Both the position numbers and the translations under genes were made by a program. Of a DNA stretch of 40,061 nt, positions 17,501 through 25,613 are shown in pieces; position 1 is the stretch's first letter, and every line of letters starts with the position of its first letter. The notes below the pieces were generated by a model. It worked only from the letters and a program-made list of their open reading frames with translations. It was not told the DNA's origin and made no database searches. The stretch is from contig MFNM01000045.1 in assembly GCA_001782085.1 (NCBI GenBank), positions 1 to 40,061 of the forward strand. The letters are read 5' to 3'. Origin of the DNA: Candidatus Levybacteria bacterium RIFCSPHIGHO2_01_FULL_37_33 (lineage in GTDB: Bacteria; Patescibacteriota; Microgenomatia; Levybacterales; UBA12049).

Positions 17501-18679
17501 TTACATTGTCCAAATATTCAAATAATTAATCATAATTACTCCCCATAGATTAACGATTATACTTAACAAAAGAAGTAGATAGGCAACCGGTTTTGGTTTT
17601 TGCCCAACGCCAAGAGCAACCAGAATAAGGATAAAGGGCATAAAATCCTGTGCGAAACGGTATCCAAATTGACTAAAACCAACAACTACCCAGAGAGAGA
17701 TAATGAAAAAAGTGGTTATGATTGCAGACCAGCAGGCGAATACTAAAAGGGATTTTTTTGCCTTAAAAATTAAAACAACTGCGGGAGAGGTAACCCAAAT
17801 TGCTATACTATAAAGCGATGGGGTGATATAAGACCAGGAATTTTGGATCTGAGGTAACCGTAAAAACATGGCATCAATATGGAGAGGAATATTTTTTAAG
17901 CTTAAAAAGCCGTTTTTAACGGACTCGCTTCTTTGTGCAGGAGGAATCATTTGATAAGGTGAAATTGGACTTAAGCTTGAAAACCTTAAAAAGTTATATA
18001 TGCTGTCTAAGCCAATAAAAACTCCAATACCTAAGAATAAATGGATTAAGTTATAGATCGCTTTTTTATTAATGGGTAAAAATTTATCCTTCATATAAAA
18101 AAGGAAAAAGGGAAGAGTAAAAATTATGGTTGATCTAGACCAAAAACTTGCTCCTAACAATAGCCCAATAAGAAACAATCTTTGTTTAGAAAATGTTTCT
18201 CTTATTGCTAAAAGGAGGAAGAAAAGAGCGACTATATGAGCTAAATACCAAGAAGATCCGACGCTGGATAAAAACCAATAATTTGTTCCGAAAGCAAAGA
18301 AAACTGTTGTCACAAATGCGGTTATGCTAGTTATTTTTATTCGTTTAAGAAGGCTATATAAAATTACGGGATTAAGACTGCCCAAAAATATTGAAAAAGC
18401 AGTTTGTGAAAATCCGGCGCCGAAAATTGCAACAAACGGAATTAATAATATTGCAGGCATAGGAGGGTATGCAACATAATATTTTCCATTAATTGGTATT
18501 AATTCATTAAGCCAAGAGGGGTTTTCCAGTAAATAAAGCCTGTGATTAATAAAGGCATCGGCAAGCCTGACAAAATAGTCATACGGAGTATTTTTAGAAG
18601 AAGTAAGAAAGTAGATTATAAAAGTAATTCCGAATATTAAAAAATACACAAAGTAGGGATGAAGTTTATTTATTTTCAT
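17501..18679 (-). CDS. Polytopic membrane protein, probable GT-C glycosyltransferase
   Basis: YYVAYPPMPA, FGTNYW, QFGYRFAQD; about 10 TMs. Confidence 0.6.
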   Translation of the reverse strand: MKINKLHPYFVYFLIFGITFIIYFLTSSKNTPYDYFVRLADAFINHRLYLLENPSWLNELIPINGKYYVAYPPMPAILLIPFVAIFGAGFSQTAFSIFLGSLNPVILYSLLKRIKITSITAFVTTVFFAFGTNYWFLSSVGSSWYLAHIVALFFLLLAIRETFSKQRLFLIGLLLGASFWSRSTIIFTLPFFLFYMKDKFLPINKKAIYNLIHLFLGIGVFIGLDSIYNFLRFSSLSPISPYQMIPPAQRSESVKNGFLSLKNIPLHIDAMFLRLPQIQNSWSYITPSLYSIAIWVTSPAVVLIFKAKKSLLVFACWSAIITTFFIISLWVVVGFSQFGYRFAQDFMPFILILVALGVGQKPKPVAYLLLLLSIIVNLWGVIMINYLNIWTM

Positions 18680-20037
18680 AAAGAAGAAGCGCCCCGAGAC
18701 AGTAGAAGTATAAAAAGTCCTACAACAGAAAGTCCTATGCCCAGTATTCCCAAAATCAGGGCCGATGAATTTCCGGGCGAAGGTATTGGTGATATTACGG
18801 GAGTAATAGTAGCAATTGGAGAAATAATAGGTTGTGTGGGAGCTACGGTTGGGATAGGTGTTGGACTTGGAGTTGGGGAAGGGGATGAAGTCGGCGTTAA
18901 AACGGGAGTAGCAGATGGTGTTGCGTTTTCACTTACCTGAGTTCCGGAAGCAAAAACAGTGAAAGATTGAGTTATCGTTCTCAAAATCCCCGATGCATCT
19001 CTTGCGACCATAGTAATAGTGTGGGCTCCAGGCGATAGCGGAGTAGTTGGTCTGAATGTCCAGTTTCCAAAAGAGTCAGTTACTACCTGAGATTTAATAT
19101 TGTCGTCTGAGTGAATTGTTATTTCAACCGTACTGTTTGGCAGAGCCGTTCCCGAAAATTTAGGCTGCGAATCAATAAATGTTTGATTGCTCTTTGGAAT
19201 ATTAATTTGCGGATTTTTCCCGGGAGTTGATTCTTGAGAAGCCAAATAAGAAAAACCGGTGGATGCAGATGAGGAGGCTGCCGGCAGACTACTCTGTGTA
19301 AAATCATAATCGCTTCCCAGAGTTATAACAGGAAGTTCTTCCGACTCAGAGCCATTAAATTTTGCATTAGAAGTTAACGAGTCTTCTCCTAAGGCGAGTA
19401 ATTTAAAAACTGTTTCATCAGAAATTGTAAAATAGGAATTAAGATCGGCATTTCTTAATGATTGTAAAGAAATAGAATAAGATCCGTCTCCTTTTGCAAG
19501 ATCGGAAAATGTCTGGGCAGTATCGGATGTGATGTATGCTGCTATTTCTGTAGGATTTTCTCCGTTTGGTAAAACAACCTTTCCTTTTATTGTTTTTTCT
19601 ATGGGCGAGGCGTCCTCAATAGGAGGAGCAGTTTTTACAACAAAAGGTTCGTCTTTCTGTAAAAATTCCTTTGATCCCGAGGTGATTGAAAAATAATAAT
19701 TTGTGGAGGTCCCCAAGTCTTTAACTGTAATATAATGAATTTTATGCTCTTTTAAAGATCCCTCTTTGTCCCTTTCATCCAGAGCTATCTGTCCCAAATT
19801 TTTATCTTTGCCGAAATTAAGCGAACCAATCACACTTGCCTGCGTCGTATAAGAAAGTGTAAAGGATGTATCCGAAATGTTAGATATTCTTACATTCTCC
19901 GGAGTTTCAGAGGGACCCGCCTTACTGGTTAGGATTGCTCCGGTTTTTACAAGGTAAGAAGTAATTCCTATCCCTATGACTATAAGAAGTATGCCTAAAA
20001 GAGTTGGAATACGTTTACTCCAGATAGTTGATCTCAT
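18676..20037 (-). CDS. Surface protein with FN3/Ig-like domains, Pro/Thr linker, N- and C-terminal TMs
   Basis: PENVRISNISDTSF...TNYYFSI; GNWTF; PTPSPTP tract. Confidence 0.75.
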   Translation of the reverse strand: MRSTIWSKRIPTLLGILLIVIGIGITSYLVKTGAILTSKAGPSETPENVRISNISDTSFTLSYTTQASVIGSLNFGKDKNLGQIALDERDKEGSLKEHKIHYITVKDLGTSTNYYFSITSGSKEFLQKDEPFVVKTAPPIEDASPIEKTIKGKVVLPNGENPTEIAAYITSDTAQTFSDLAKGDGSYSISLQSLRNADLNSYFTISDETVFKLLALGEDSLTSNAKFNGSESEELPVITLGSDYDFTQSSLPAASSSASTGFSYLASQESTPGKNPQINIPKSNQTFIDSQPKFSGTALPNSTVEITIHSDDNIKSQVVTDSFGNWTFRPTTPLSPGAHTITMVARDASGILRTITQSFTVFASGTQVSENATPSATPVLTPTSSPSPTPSPTPIPTVAPTQPIISPIATITPVISPIPSPGNSSALILGILGIGLSVVGLFILLLSRGASSL

Positions 20038-20342
20038 AGATTTTCCCCTTGATTTGCCGAACTGGTACTTGGTGTTATTGTTGAAGAAGCTTCAATTACA
20101 TTGCCGGCTGCACTTTCTGATGACTGCTTATTTTTTGTTTGAAAAACCGCTTCTATCTTTTCTCTCTCTTTTAATGAGTCTATAGTTTTAGTATCAAAGT
20201 TAGGATTAAGAGGAACTATTTTTTCTGCTACAGGCTTTGTTATTGTAGAGGACATAAGATTATGGTAAATGCTAAAACCAATCCAAGCAGTTATCAATAC
20301 AAAGGTTGAAATAGCTAAAAATAAAACATCTCTTTGTTTCAT
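20034..20342 (-). CDS. Single-TM hypothetical protein downstream of pilO
   Basis: N-terminal TM; operonic spacing. Confidence 0.65.
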   Translation of the reverse strand: MKQRDVLFLAISTFVLITAWIGFSIYHNLMSSTITKPVAEKIVPLNPNFDTKTIDSLKEREKIEAVFQTKNKQSSESAAGNVIEASSTITPSTSSANQGENL

Positions 20343-20345
20343 AAA

Positions 20346-20969
20346 TTATTCTTTAAAATATGCAGTTCCCTTAACATCGGACTGTAAAGTATTTAGCTTA
20401 GCCCCCTTGCTAAGAGAAATAGTGTCTAAAGATATAACTCTTTCCATGTCCGATAAGACGCCTATAAACTTATTTATATTATCGTAAGTTCCCTCTGCGG
20501 AAACCGAAAAAGAGAAAGAGGAATATTTTTTTTGATTTTGGGGCAGGCCTGTTACTTCAACCTCAAAAATTTGAAGTCTTGTAATTTCAATACCTGTCTT
20601 TTCTGCTACCGCCTGCGCCTGCGCCATCAGAAGCGGAACCTGAGGATTTTTTGGAACAGCGGCTAAAACAATTGGGATATCCTTTTGGACAACATTATAT
20701 TTTTCCTGAAGAGTGGAGAGATTTGCAATTTTTTCTTGAAGTTGACTATCTACAAATTTATTGTCTGACAGTTCTTTGTTGAGTTTTGCAATAGTCGATA
20801 GGGTCGGATTGATAGCAAATAATCCGAAAAAAGATAAAGCTAATAAGGAAAAAACAATGCTTGAGTATTTCTGTGTTTTTTCTTTTTTTAGATCGGGAAG
20901 AAGTGCAATATATTTATTATTCTTTATATTTTTAAATACGCCACTCAGATTATATTTTGGAAATGCCAT
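20346..20969 (-). CDS. pilO: Type IV pilus assembly protein PilO-like
   Basis: TM, coiled coil, EGTYDNINKFI...MERVI. Confidence 0.75.
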   Translation of the reverse strand: MAFPKYNLSGVFKNIKNNKYIALLPDLKKEKTQKYSSIVFSLLALSFFGLFAINPTLSTIAKLNKELSDNKFVDSQLQEKIANLSTLQEKYNVVQKDIPIVLAAVPKNPQVPLLMAQAQAVAEKTGIEITRLQIFEVEVTGLPQNQKKYSSFSFSVSAEGTYDNINKFIGVLSDMERVISLDTISLSKGAKLNTLQSDVKGTAYFKE

Positions 20970-20971
20970 AT

Positions 20972-21514
20972 CTAGTTCTCCTTAAGAGCTGCCGTAATAC
21001 TTACGCTTATCAAAGCATTCGATAATTTATTCTCTATTTTTACTATGCTTACGTTTTTAACATTAGGATAACTTTTAAGAGAATTCACAAAAGTTCTAAG
21101 GGAGGATATAAATTGAAAATTTGCGTCTATTTTTATATTATTTTCTGTTAATGTAAGATCATTAAATGTCATTCCTAAAGGAGCAAGTCCTACTATATCA
21201 TTCAAGACTTTAACATCTTTTCCCCCTGACTGGAGGAATGTCGATGCAACCGCAATTCTATCCTGTAAATTTCTATATGCTTCCTCTTTCCCTTTTAGGT
21301 AGCCTACAATCGCTTCCTCCTGCTTTATCTTTGAATGCAAATCAATCAGTTGTCTATCCAAGGTAAACCGATATAAAAAAGCCGATAACGCAATAACTTC
21401 TGTAAGAATTACTACGAGTCTTCCAATTGTTAAAGCCCAATCGACAAATTTATCAAAAATACCAGCATGTTTATCATTTAAAAGATTTATAGAAGGATGG
21501 TGGTTTTTTGGCAC
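20972..21514 (-). CDS. pilN: Type IV pilus assembly protein PilN-like
   Basis: GTG start; INLL motif, TM, coiled coil, PilN-like C-domain. Confidence 0.7.
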   Translation of the reverse strand: MPKNHHPSINLLNDKHAGIFDKFVDWALTIGRLVVILTEVIALSAFLYRFTLDRQLIDLHSKIKQEEAIVGYLKGKEEAYRNLQDRIAVASTFLQSGGKDVKVLNDIVGLAPLGMTFNDLTLTENNIKIDANFQFISSLRTFVNSLKSYPNVKNVSIVKIENKLSNALISVSITAALKEN

Positions 21515-21561
21515 ACTTTTAGTCTAGGGATTTTTAAAAGTTTTGTCAAAGAGAAATGAAG

Positions 21562-21825
21562 TTATTTTTTCTTAGTTTTTTTAGCTGCTTTCTTACTAAT
21601 TAACTTTGAAAGCTTAGACTTAATTCTTGAAGCCTTATTTTTATGAATAATATTCTTCTTTTTGGCCTTATCAACCAGTTTTATTGCATCCTTTACAGCT
21701 TTTTCTGTTTTGCTTTTTTGGGCTTTTTTAACAGAGTATTTAAAAAGATTTTCTATTTTTTTATTTTCTTGTGTTCTTACTTTATCCTTTCTCAATTTTT
21801 TCCTGGCAGATTTTGTTACTGGCAT
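21562..21825 (-). CDS. rpsT: 30S ribosomal protein S20
   Basis: KSARKKLR...DKAKKKNIIHKNKASRIKSKL. Confidence 0.95.
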   Translation of the reverse strand: MPVTKSARKKLRKDKVRTQENKKIENLFKYSVKKAQKSKTEKAVKDAIKLVDKAKKKNIIHKNKASRIKSKLSKLISKKAAKKTKKK

Positions 21826-21831
21826 AGGCAG

Positions 21832-21849
21832 ATTTTACCATGTTATACT
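21832..21849. promoter_or_regulatory. Back-to-back extended -10 promoters for rpsT (-) and murJ (+)
   Basis: Minus-strand TGgTAAAAT 6 nt before the rpsT ATG; plus-strand TGtTATACT at 21841-21849. Confidence 0.6.
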
Positions 21850-21861
21850 TTTAATTACAAT

Positions 21862-23520
21862 ATGCCTAAGAATTTCCTGCGAAAAAGTCTCAATATTTTA
21901 CTTGCCCGCCAAACAAATATCTTAAGCGCCGCTTTTATAATTATGATTACAATTGTCTTGTCGCAAGTTTTAGGACTTGTTAGGCAAAGGCTATTGGTTT
22001 CAATTTTTGGTGCATCAAACATCCTTGGAGTTTATTTTGTCTCAACTCGTCTCCCTGATTTTCTTTTCCAACTAATTATTGCGGGGGCTTTATCATCTGC
22101 TCTTATACCTGTCTTTTCCGATTATCTGGGAAAAGAAAAACAAGAAGATGCTCACAAATTAGGATCTACGCTTCTTACTCTGGGACTTATTGGCTTTACG
22201 ATTCTTGCTACTATTCTTTTTATTTTTTCACTTAATTTCTCAAAGCTTATAGCGCCGGGATTTTCACATGAACAGCTTCTTCTGATGTCAAATTTGATGA
22301 GGATAATTATAGTAGGACAGCTGTTGTTTATAATTGGCAGTTTTTTTTCAGCTGTTCTCCAATCGCACAACCATTTTTTTATACCCGGATTTGCTTTAGC
22401 TTTATATAATCTCGGAATAATAATTGGAATATTATTGCTAAATTCTGCTGTCGGAATATACTCAGCAGCTTATGGAGTAATTTTGGGTGCGTTTATCTTC
22501 GTAATAGTTCAGATACCTCTTATTAGAAATGTCAGATTTTCCCTTAAACCTTCTTTTTCCTTCAAAGATAGAGGAATCTCTCAAGTTTTAAAATTAATGT
22601 GGCCCAGAACTCTCTCAATTGCTATTTTTCAACTAGGGACACTTCTTACTGTAACTTTTGTTTCCTTTCTTCAAGATCCGGGAAGAAAATATGTAATTTT
22701 CGATCTTGCACAGACACTTGCCTTTGCCCCAGTTTCTCTTATCGGAAATGCAATCGCACAGGCGGCATTTCCTGTACTTTCAAGAGAAAAAGATAAGCTT
22801 GATGAATTTAAGGCCACTTTTATAACCAGTTTTAATCAGATGTTGTATTTGATTCTCCCAGTTTCGGTTTTATTTCTCGTTCTTAGAATCCCCTTGGTGC
22901 GTCTTATTTACGGTGCTTCCCGGTTTGATTGGCCGGCGACGGTTTTAACCGGGCGGACATTGGCTTTTTTCAGTATTTCAATTTTTGCCCAGTCACTGAT
23001 CTATTTGATCTCACGCGGATTTTATGCACTGCATGATACAAAAATGCCGCTTATTGTCGGAGCAGCAACAACTGCTCTTATGATATTTTTAAGCTGGATT
23101 TTTATTTTTATTTATCAAATGGGTATTGAAAGCATTGCTTTTTCTTTCTCAATTGCCACTATTGTCAATCTTCTCGTATCTTTTATTCTCCTTGACATAA
23201 AAGTGGGAGGTTTTAAAAGAGTAGAGTTTATTTTTTCAATCTCAAAAATATTTCTGGCAACATTTTTTACAGGATTTGCGCTTTATGTGCCCATAAAGCT
23301 TTTGGATCAGCTTGTTTTTGACACTACAAGAACAGTCAATCTATTAATGCTCACCGGAATTTCTTCTCTGGCAGGTCTTTCTCTTTACCTTTTCTTAACG
23401 TGGCTTTTTGATGTCAAAGAAGCATCGACGTTTCTTCTTATTTTTAGGAAGATAGGAAACTGGAGAGAGATACTTTCAAAAAGCGAAGAAACCCTCGACG
23501 CCACCCATATTAAGGTTTAG
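21862..23520 (+). CDS. murJ: Lipid II flippase MurJ/MviN
   Basis: LGLVRQR, RLPD, GALSSALIP, RGFYALHDTK; ATG 21862 avoids overlap with rpsT. Confidence 0.9.
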   Translation: MPKNFLRKSLNILLARQTNILSAAFIIMITIVLSQVLGLVRQRLLVSIFGASNILGVYFVSTRLPDFLFQLIIAGALSSALIPVFSDYLGKEKQEDAHKLGSTLLTLGLIGFTILATILFIFSLNFSKLIAPGFSHEQLLLMSNLMRIIIVGQLLFIIGSFFSAVLQSHNHFFIPGFALALYNLGIIIGILLLNSAVGIYSAAYGVILGAFIFVIVQIPLIRNVRFSLKPSFSFKDRGISQVLKLMWPRTLSIAIFQLGTLLTVTFVSFLQDPGRKYVIFDLAQTLAFAPVSLIGNAIAQAAFPVLSREKDKLDEFKATFITSFNQMLYLILPVSVLFLVLRIPLVRLIYGASRFDWPATVLTGRTLAFFSISIFAQSLIYLISRGFYALHDTKMPLIVGAATTALMIFLSWIFIFIYQMGIESIAFSFSIATIVNLLVSFILLDIKVGGFKRVEFIFSISKIFLATFFTGFALYVPIKLLDQLVFDTTRTVNLLMLTGISSLAGLSLYLFLTWLFDVKEASTFLLIFRKIGNWREILSKSEETLDATHIKV

Positions 23521-23558
23521 CCCTTGATTTCAGTTCTTTTTTAAATTATTATTCGCTT

Positions 23559-24683
23559 ATGGCAGGAAAAGGTAGCGAGCAGGAACCTCAAACATATGCT
23601 TCAACAGGTGTTAATTATGAAGCAATGGATCCCTTCAAAAGATTAGCACAGCTTAAAGCTCGTGAAACGTCCTCAAATCTTCGCCGTTTTGGAATGTTTG
23701 AAATAGAGGCAAGCCGTGGCGAGTCAGCTTATGTTTGGAGAGAAGGAGATTCATACAGGGCATTTGTCATAGAAGGATTGGGTACCAAAAATTTGGTAGC
23801 AGATGAAATGAGAAAAATAACAGGTAAAACATATTATGATCAGATTGCTCAAGACACCGTTGCAATGATAGTAAATGATCTAATTGTTGTAGGGGCAGAT
23901 CCCCAAGTGGTAAACGCTTATTTTGCAGTTGGAGATTCAGATTGGTTTTCCGATGAAGAAAGATCAAAAGATTTAGTTGAAGGATGGCAAAGAGCATGCA
24001 ATTTAGCCGGTGCTGTTTGGGGAGGAGGAGAAACCCCCACATTAAAGGGTATTATATCTCCCGATACTATAGACTTATCGGGTTCTGCAATAGGCCTTAT
24101 AGAACCAAAAGAAAGACTGACTTTGGGTGAAAAAATAGTTCCAGGAGATGCAATTTTATTGATTGAAAGTAGCGGAATTCATGCAAATGGTCTAACCCTT
24201 GCAAGAACGATTGCAGAAAAACTTCCAGACGGATATGCTACTGAATTATCGGATGGAATAATGTATGGAGAAGCTCTTTTAACCCCAACCCATATTTATA
24301 GAAAGCTAATAAGTTATTTATTTCATGAGAAGATAGATATTCATTATATGGTAAATATTACAGGTCATGGATGGAGAAAACTTATGAGAGCGGCTAGAGA
24401 TTTTGCCTATGTTATCAATAGGGTTCCCACGCCTCAGCCTATATTTGAATTTATCCAACAGCAATCTGGCAATGACGATTCTGAAATGTATGGCAACTTT
24501 AATATGGGAGCGGGTTTTGCAATTTTTCTTCCGCAAAAAGATGTAGATACAGCAATCGAAATAGTAAGAGATAATCACTTTATGGATACATTAAATGCCG
24601 GAGTTGTTCAGGAAGGACCAAGACAGGTGATTATTCAACCAAAAAATTTGGTATTCTCCGGAGAAACTCTCGACGTAAGATAG
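23559..24683 (+). CDS. purM: Phosphoribosylformylglycinamidine cyclo-ligase (AIR synthase)
   Basis: EGLGTK, VNDL, GGET, SSGIHANG, NITGHG, FNMGAG. Confidence 0.9.
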   Translation: MAGKGSEQEPQTYASTGVNYEAMDPFKRLAQLKARETSSNLRRFGMFEIEASRGESAYVWREGDSYRAFVIEGLGTKNLVADEMRKITGKTYYDQIAQDTVAMIVNDLIVVGADPQVVNAYFAVGDSDWFSDEERSKDLVEGWQRACNLAGAVWGGGETPTLKGIISPDTIDLSGSAIGLIEPKERLTLGEKIVPGDAILLIESSGIHANGLTLARTIAEKLPDGYATELSDGIMYGEALLTPTHIYRKLISYLFHEKIDIHYMVNITGHGWRKLMRAARDFAYVINRVPTPQPIFEFIQQQSGNDDSEMYGNFNMGAGFAIFLPQKDVDTAIEIVRDNHFMDTLNAGVVQEGPRQVIIQPKNLVFSGETLDVR

Positions 24684-24716
24684 TAAAGATTTTTTTCTTT
24701 CTGATATAATTTCTCC

Positions 24717-24840
24717 GCCAATTTTAAACCTCAAACGTTGTAGCTATTTGGAAAATAGCTAGGATAATTTAATCTAATGATCTAGATCATTAGACTTTCA
24801 GATTAAATATTAATTCATCACGTTTGCATCTAGGTTTGGT
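24717..24840 (+). ncRNA. Candidate structured RNA or leader of unknown family
   Basis: TGaTATAAT at 24702-24710; nested pairings AAACCT/AGGTTT, CAAACG/CGTTTG, TAGCTATTT/AAATAGCTA; 22-bp perfect palindrome at 24773-24794. Confidence 0.35.
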
Positions 24841-24852
24841 ATAATTCTTGCT

Positions 24853-24906
24853 ATGGATCAAAATCACATTAGGAATTTTGCGATTGTTATCCATGTTGTC
24901 TATTGA
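24853..24906 (+). pseudogene. lepA: Orphan duplicate 5' head of lepA (17 aa)
   Basis: MDQNHIRNFAIVIHVVY* vs intact MKQGNIRNFAIIAHIDH; TGgTATAAT 7 nt upstream. Confidence 0.85.
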
Positions 24907-24939
24907 CAAAACTATTATAGTTACTATAATTAGTATAGT
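24903..24939 (+). promoter_or_regulatory. TA operon promoter with palindromic operators
   Basis: TTGACA 24903-24908, 16 nt, TATAAT 24925-24930; AACTAT-t-ATAGTT (24910-24922) and ACTATA-N5-TATAGT (24923-24939). Confidence 0.7.
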
Positions 24940-25194
24940 ATGTTGAAAAATATAAGCATGCTTGATTTGAGAAAAAGACCAGGACAGGTTTTGGACGAAA
25001 CTTTCTATAAAAAGTATCGTTTTGTAGTCAATAGAAATAAGAAGGCAATGGCTGTTATTATTCCACTTGAGGATTTTAAAAGATATTTTGAAGATGAGGA
25101 TATAGAGTTATATTCAAAACAGAGAATTAAAGAATTTCTAAAGGAAGATAGACTTTCTCCTTCTCAACTTAAGCTATTAAAATCACAAAAGTGA
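24940..25194 (+). CDS. Phd/YefM-like antitoxin
   Basis: ISMLDLRKRPGQVLD...FVVNRNKKAMAVIIPLEDF; GTGA-coupled to the PIN gene. Confidence 0.8.
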   Translation: MLKNISMLDLRKRPGQVLDETFYKKYRFVVNRNKKAMAVIIPLEDFKRYFEDEDIELYSKQRIKEFLKEDRLSPSQLKLLKSQK

Positions 25195-25613
25195 TCAAAG
25201 CCTTTCTTGACGCAAATATATTGTTTGCCGCCGCGTATTCTTCAACAGGCGGTTCTTTTTATATTTTAGAACTGGCAAAAAAAGATAAAATCAAAGTTTT
25301 TACATCCAGACTCGCGGTAAAAGAAGCAGAAAAAAACTTGCGCGACAAAGCATCGGAAGAAGCGCTTGACCGATTTTATAATTTTATGAGCGAAATAGAT
25401 ATTAAATTTGTTGAAGCAAATCGTGATTTAGCAAAAAGTGAATTTTCAAGAATTACCGGGGAGAAAGATGCTCCGATTTTTGCCGCCGCATTAAAGTCAG
25501 GAGCTGTTTTTTTAATAACACTTGATAAAAAACACTTACTTAATATTAGATTCTCCAAGATAGGAAAACTACAAATTGTGTCTCCCGGAGATTTTATCGA
25601 GAAACATTTATGA
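25191..25613 (+). CDS. PIN-domain (VapC-like) toxin
   Basis: FLDANILF, E, KDAPI, LITLDKKH; stop overlaps the lepA start (ATGA). Confidence 0.85.
   Translation: MIKAFLDANILFAAAYSSTGGSFYILELAKKDKIKVFTSRLAVKEAEKNLRDKASEEALDRFYNFMSEIDIKFVEANRDLAKSEFSRITGEKDAPIFAAALKSGAVFLITLDKKHLLNIRFSKIGKLQIVSPGDFIEKHL

Noticed and set aside
21643-21861. N-terminal extension of MurJ
   Set aside because: Antisense to rpsT; a promoter and ATG at 21862 fit better
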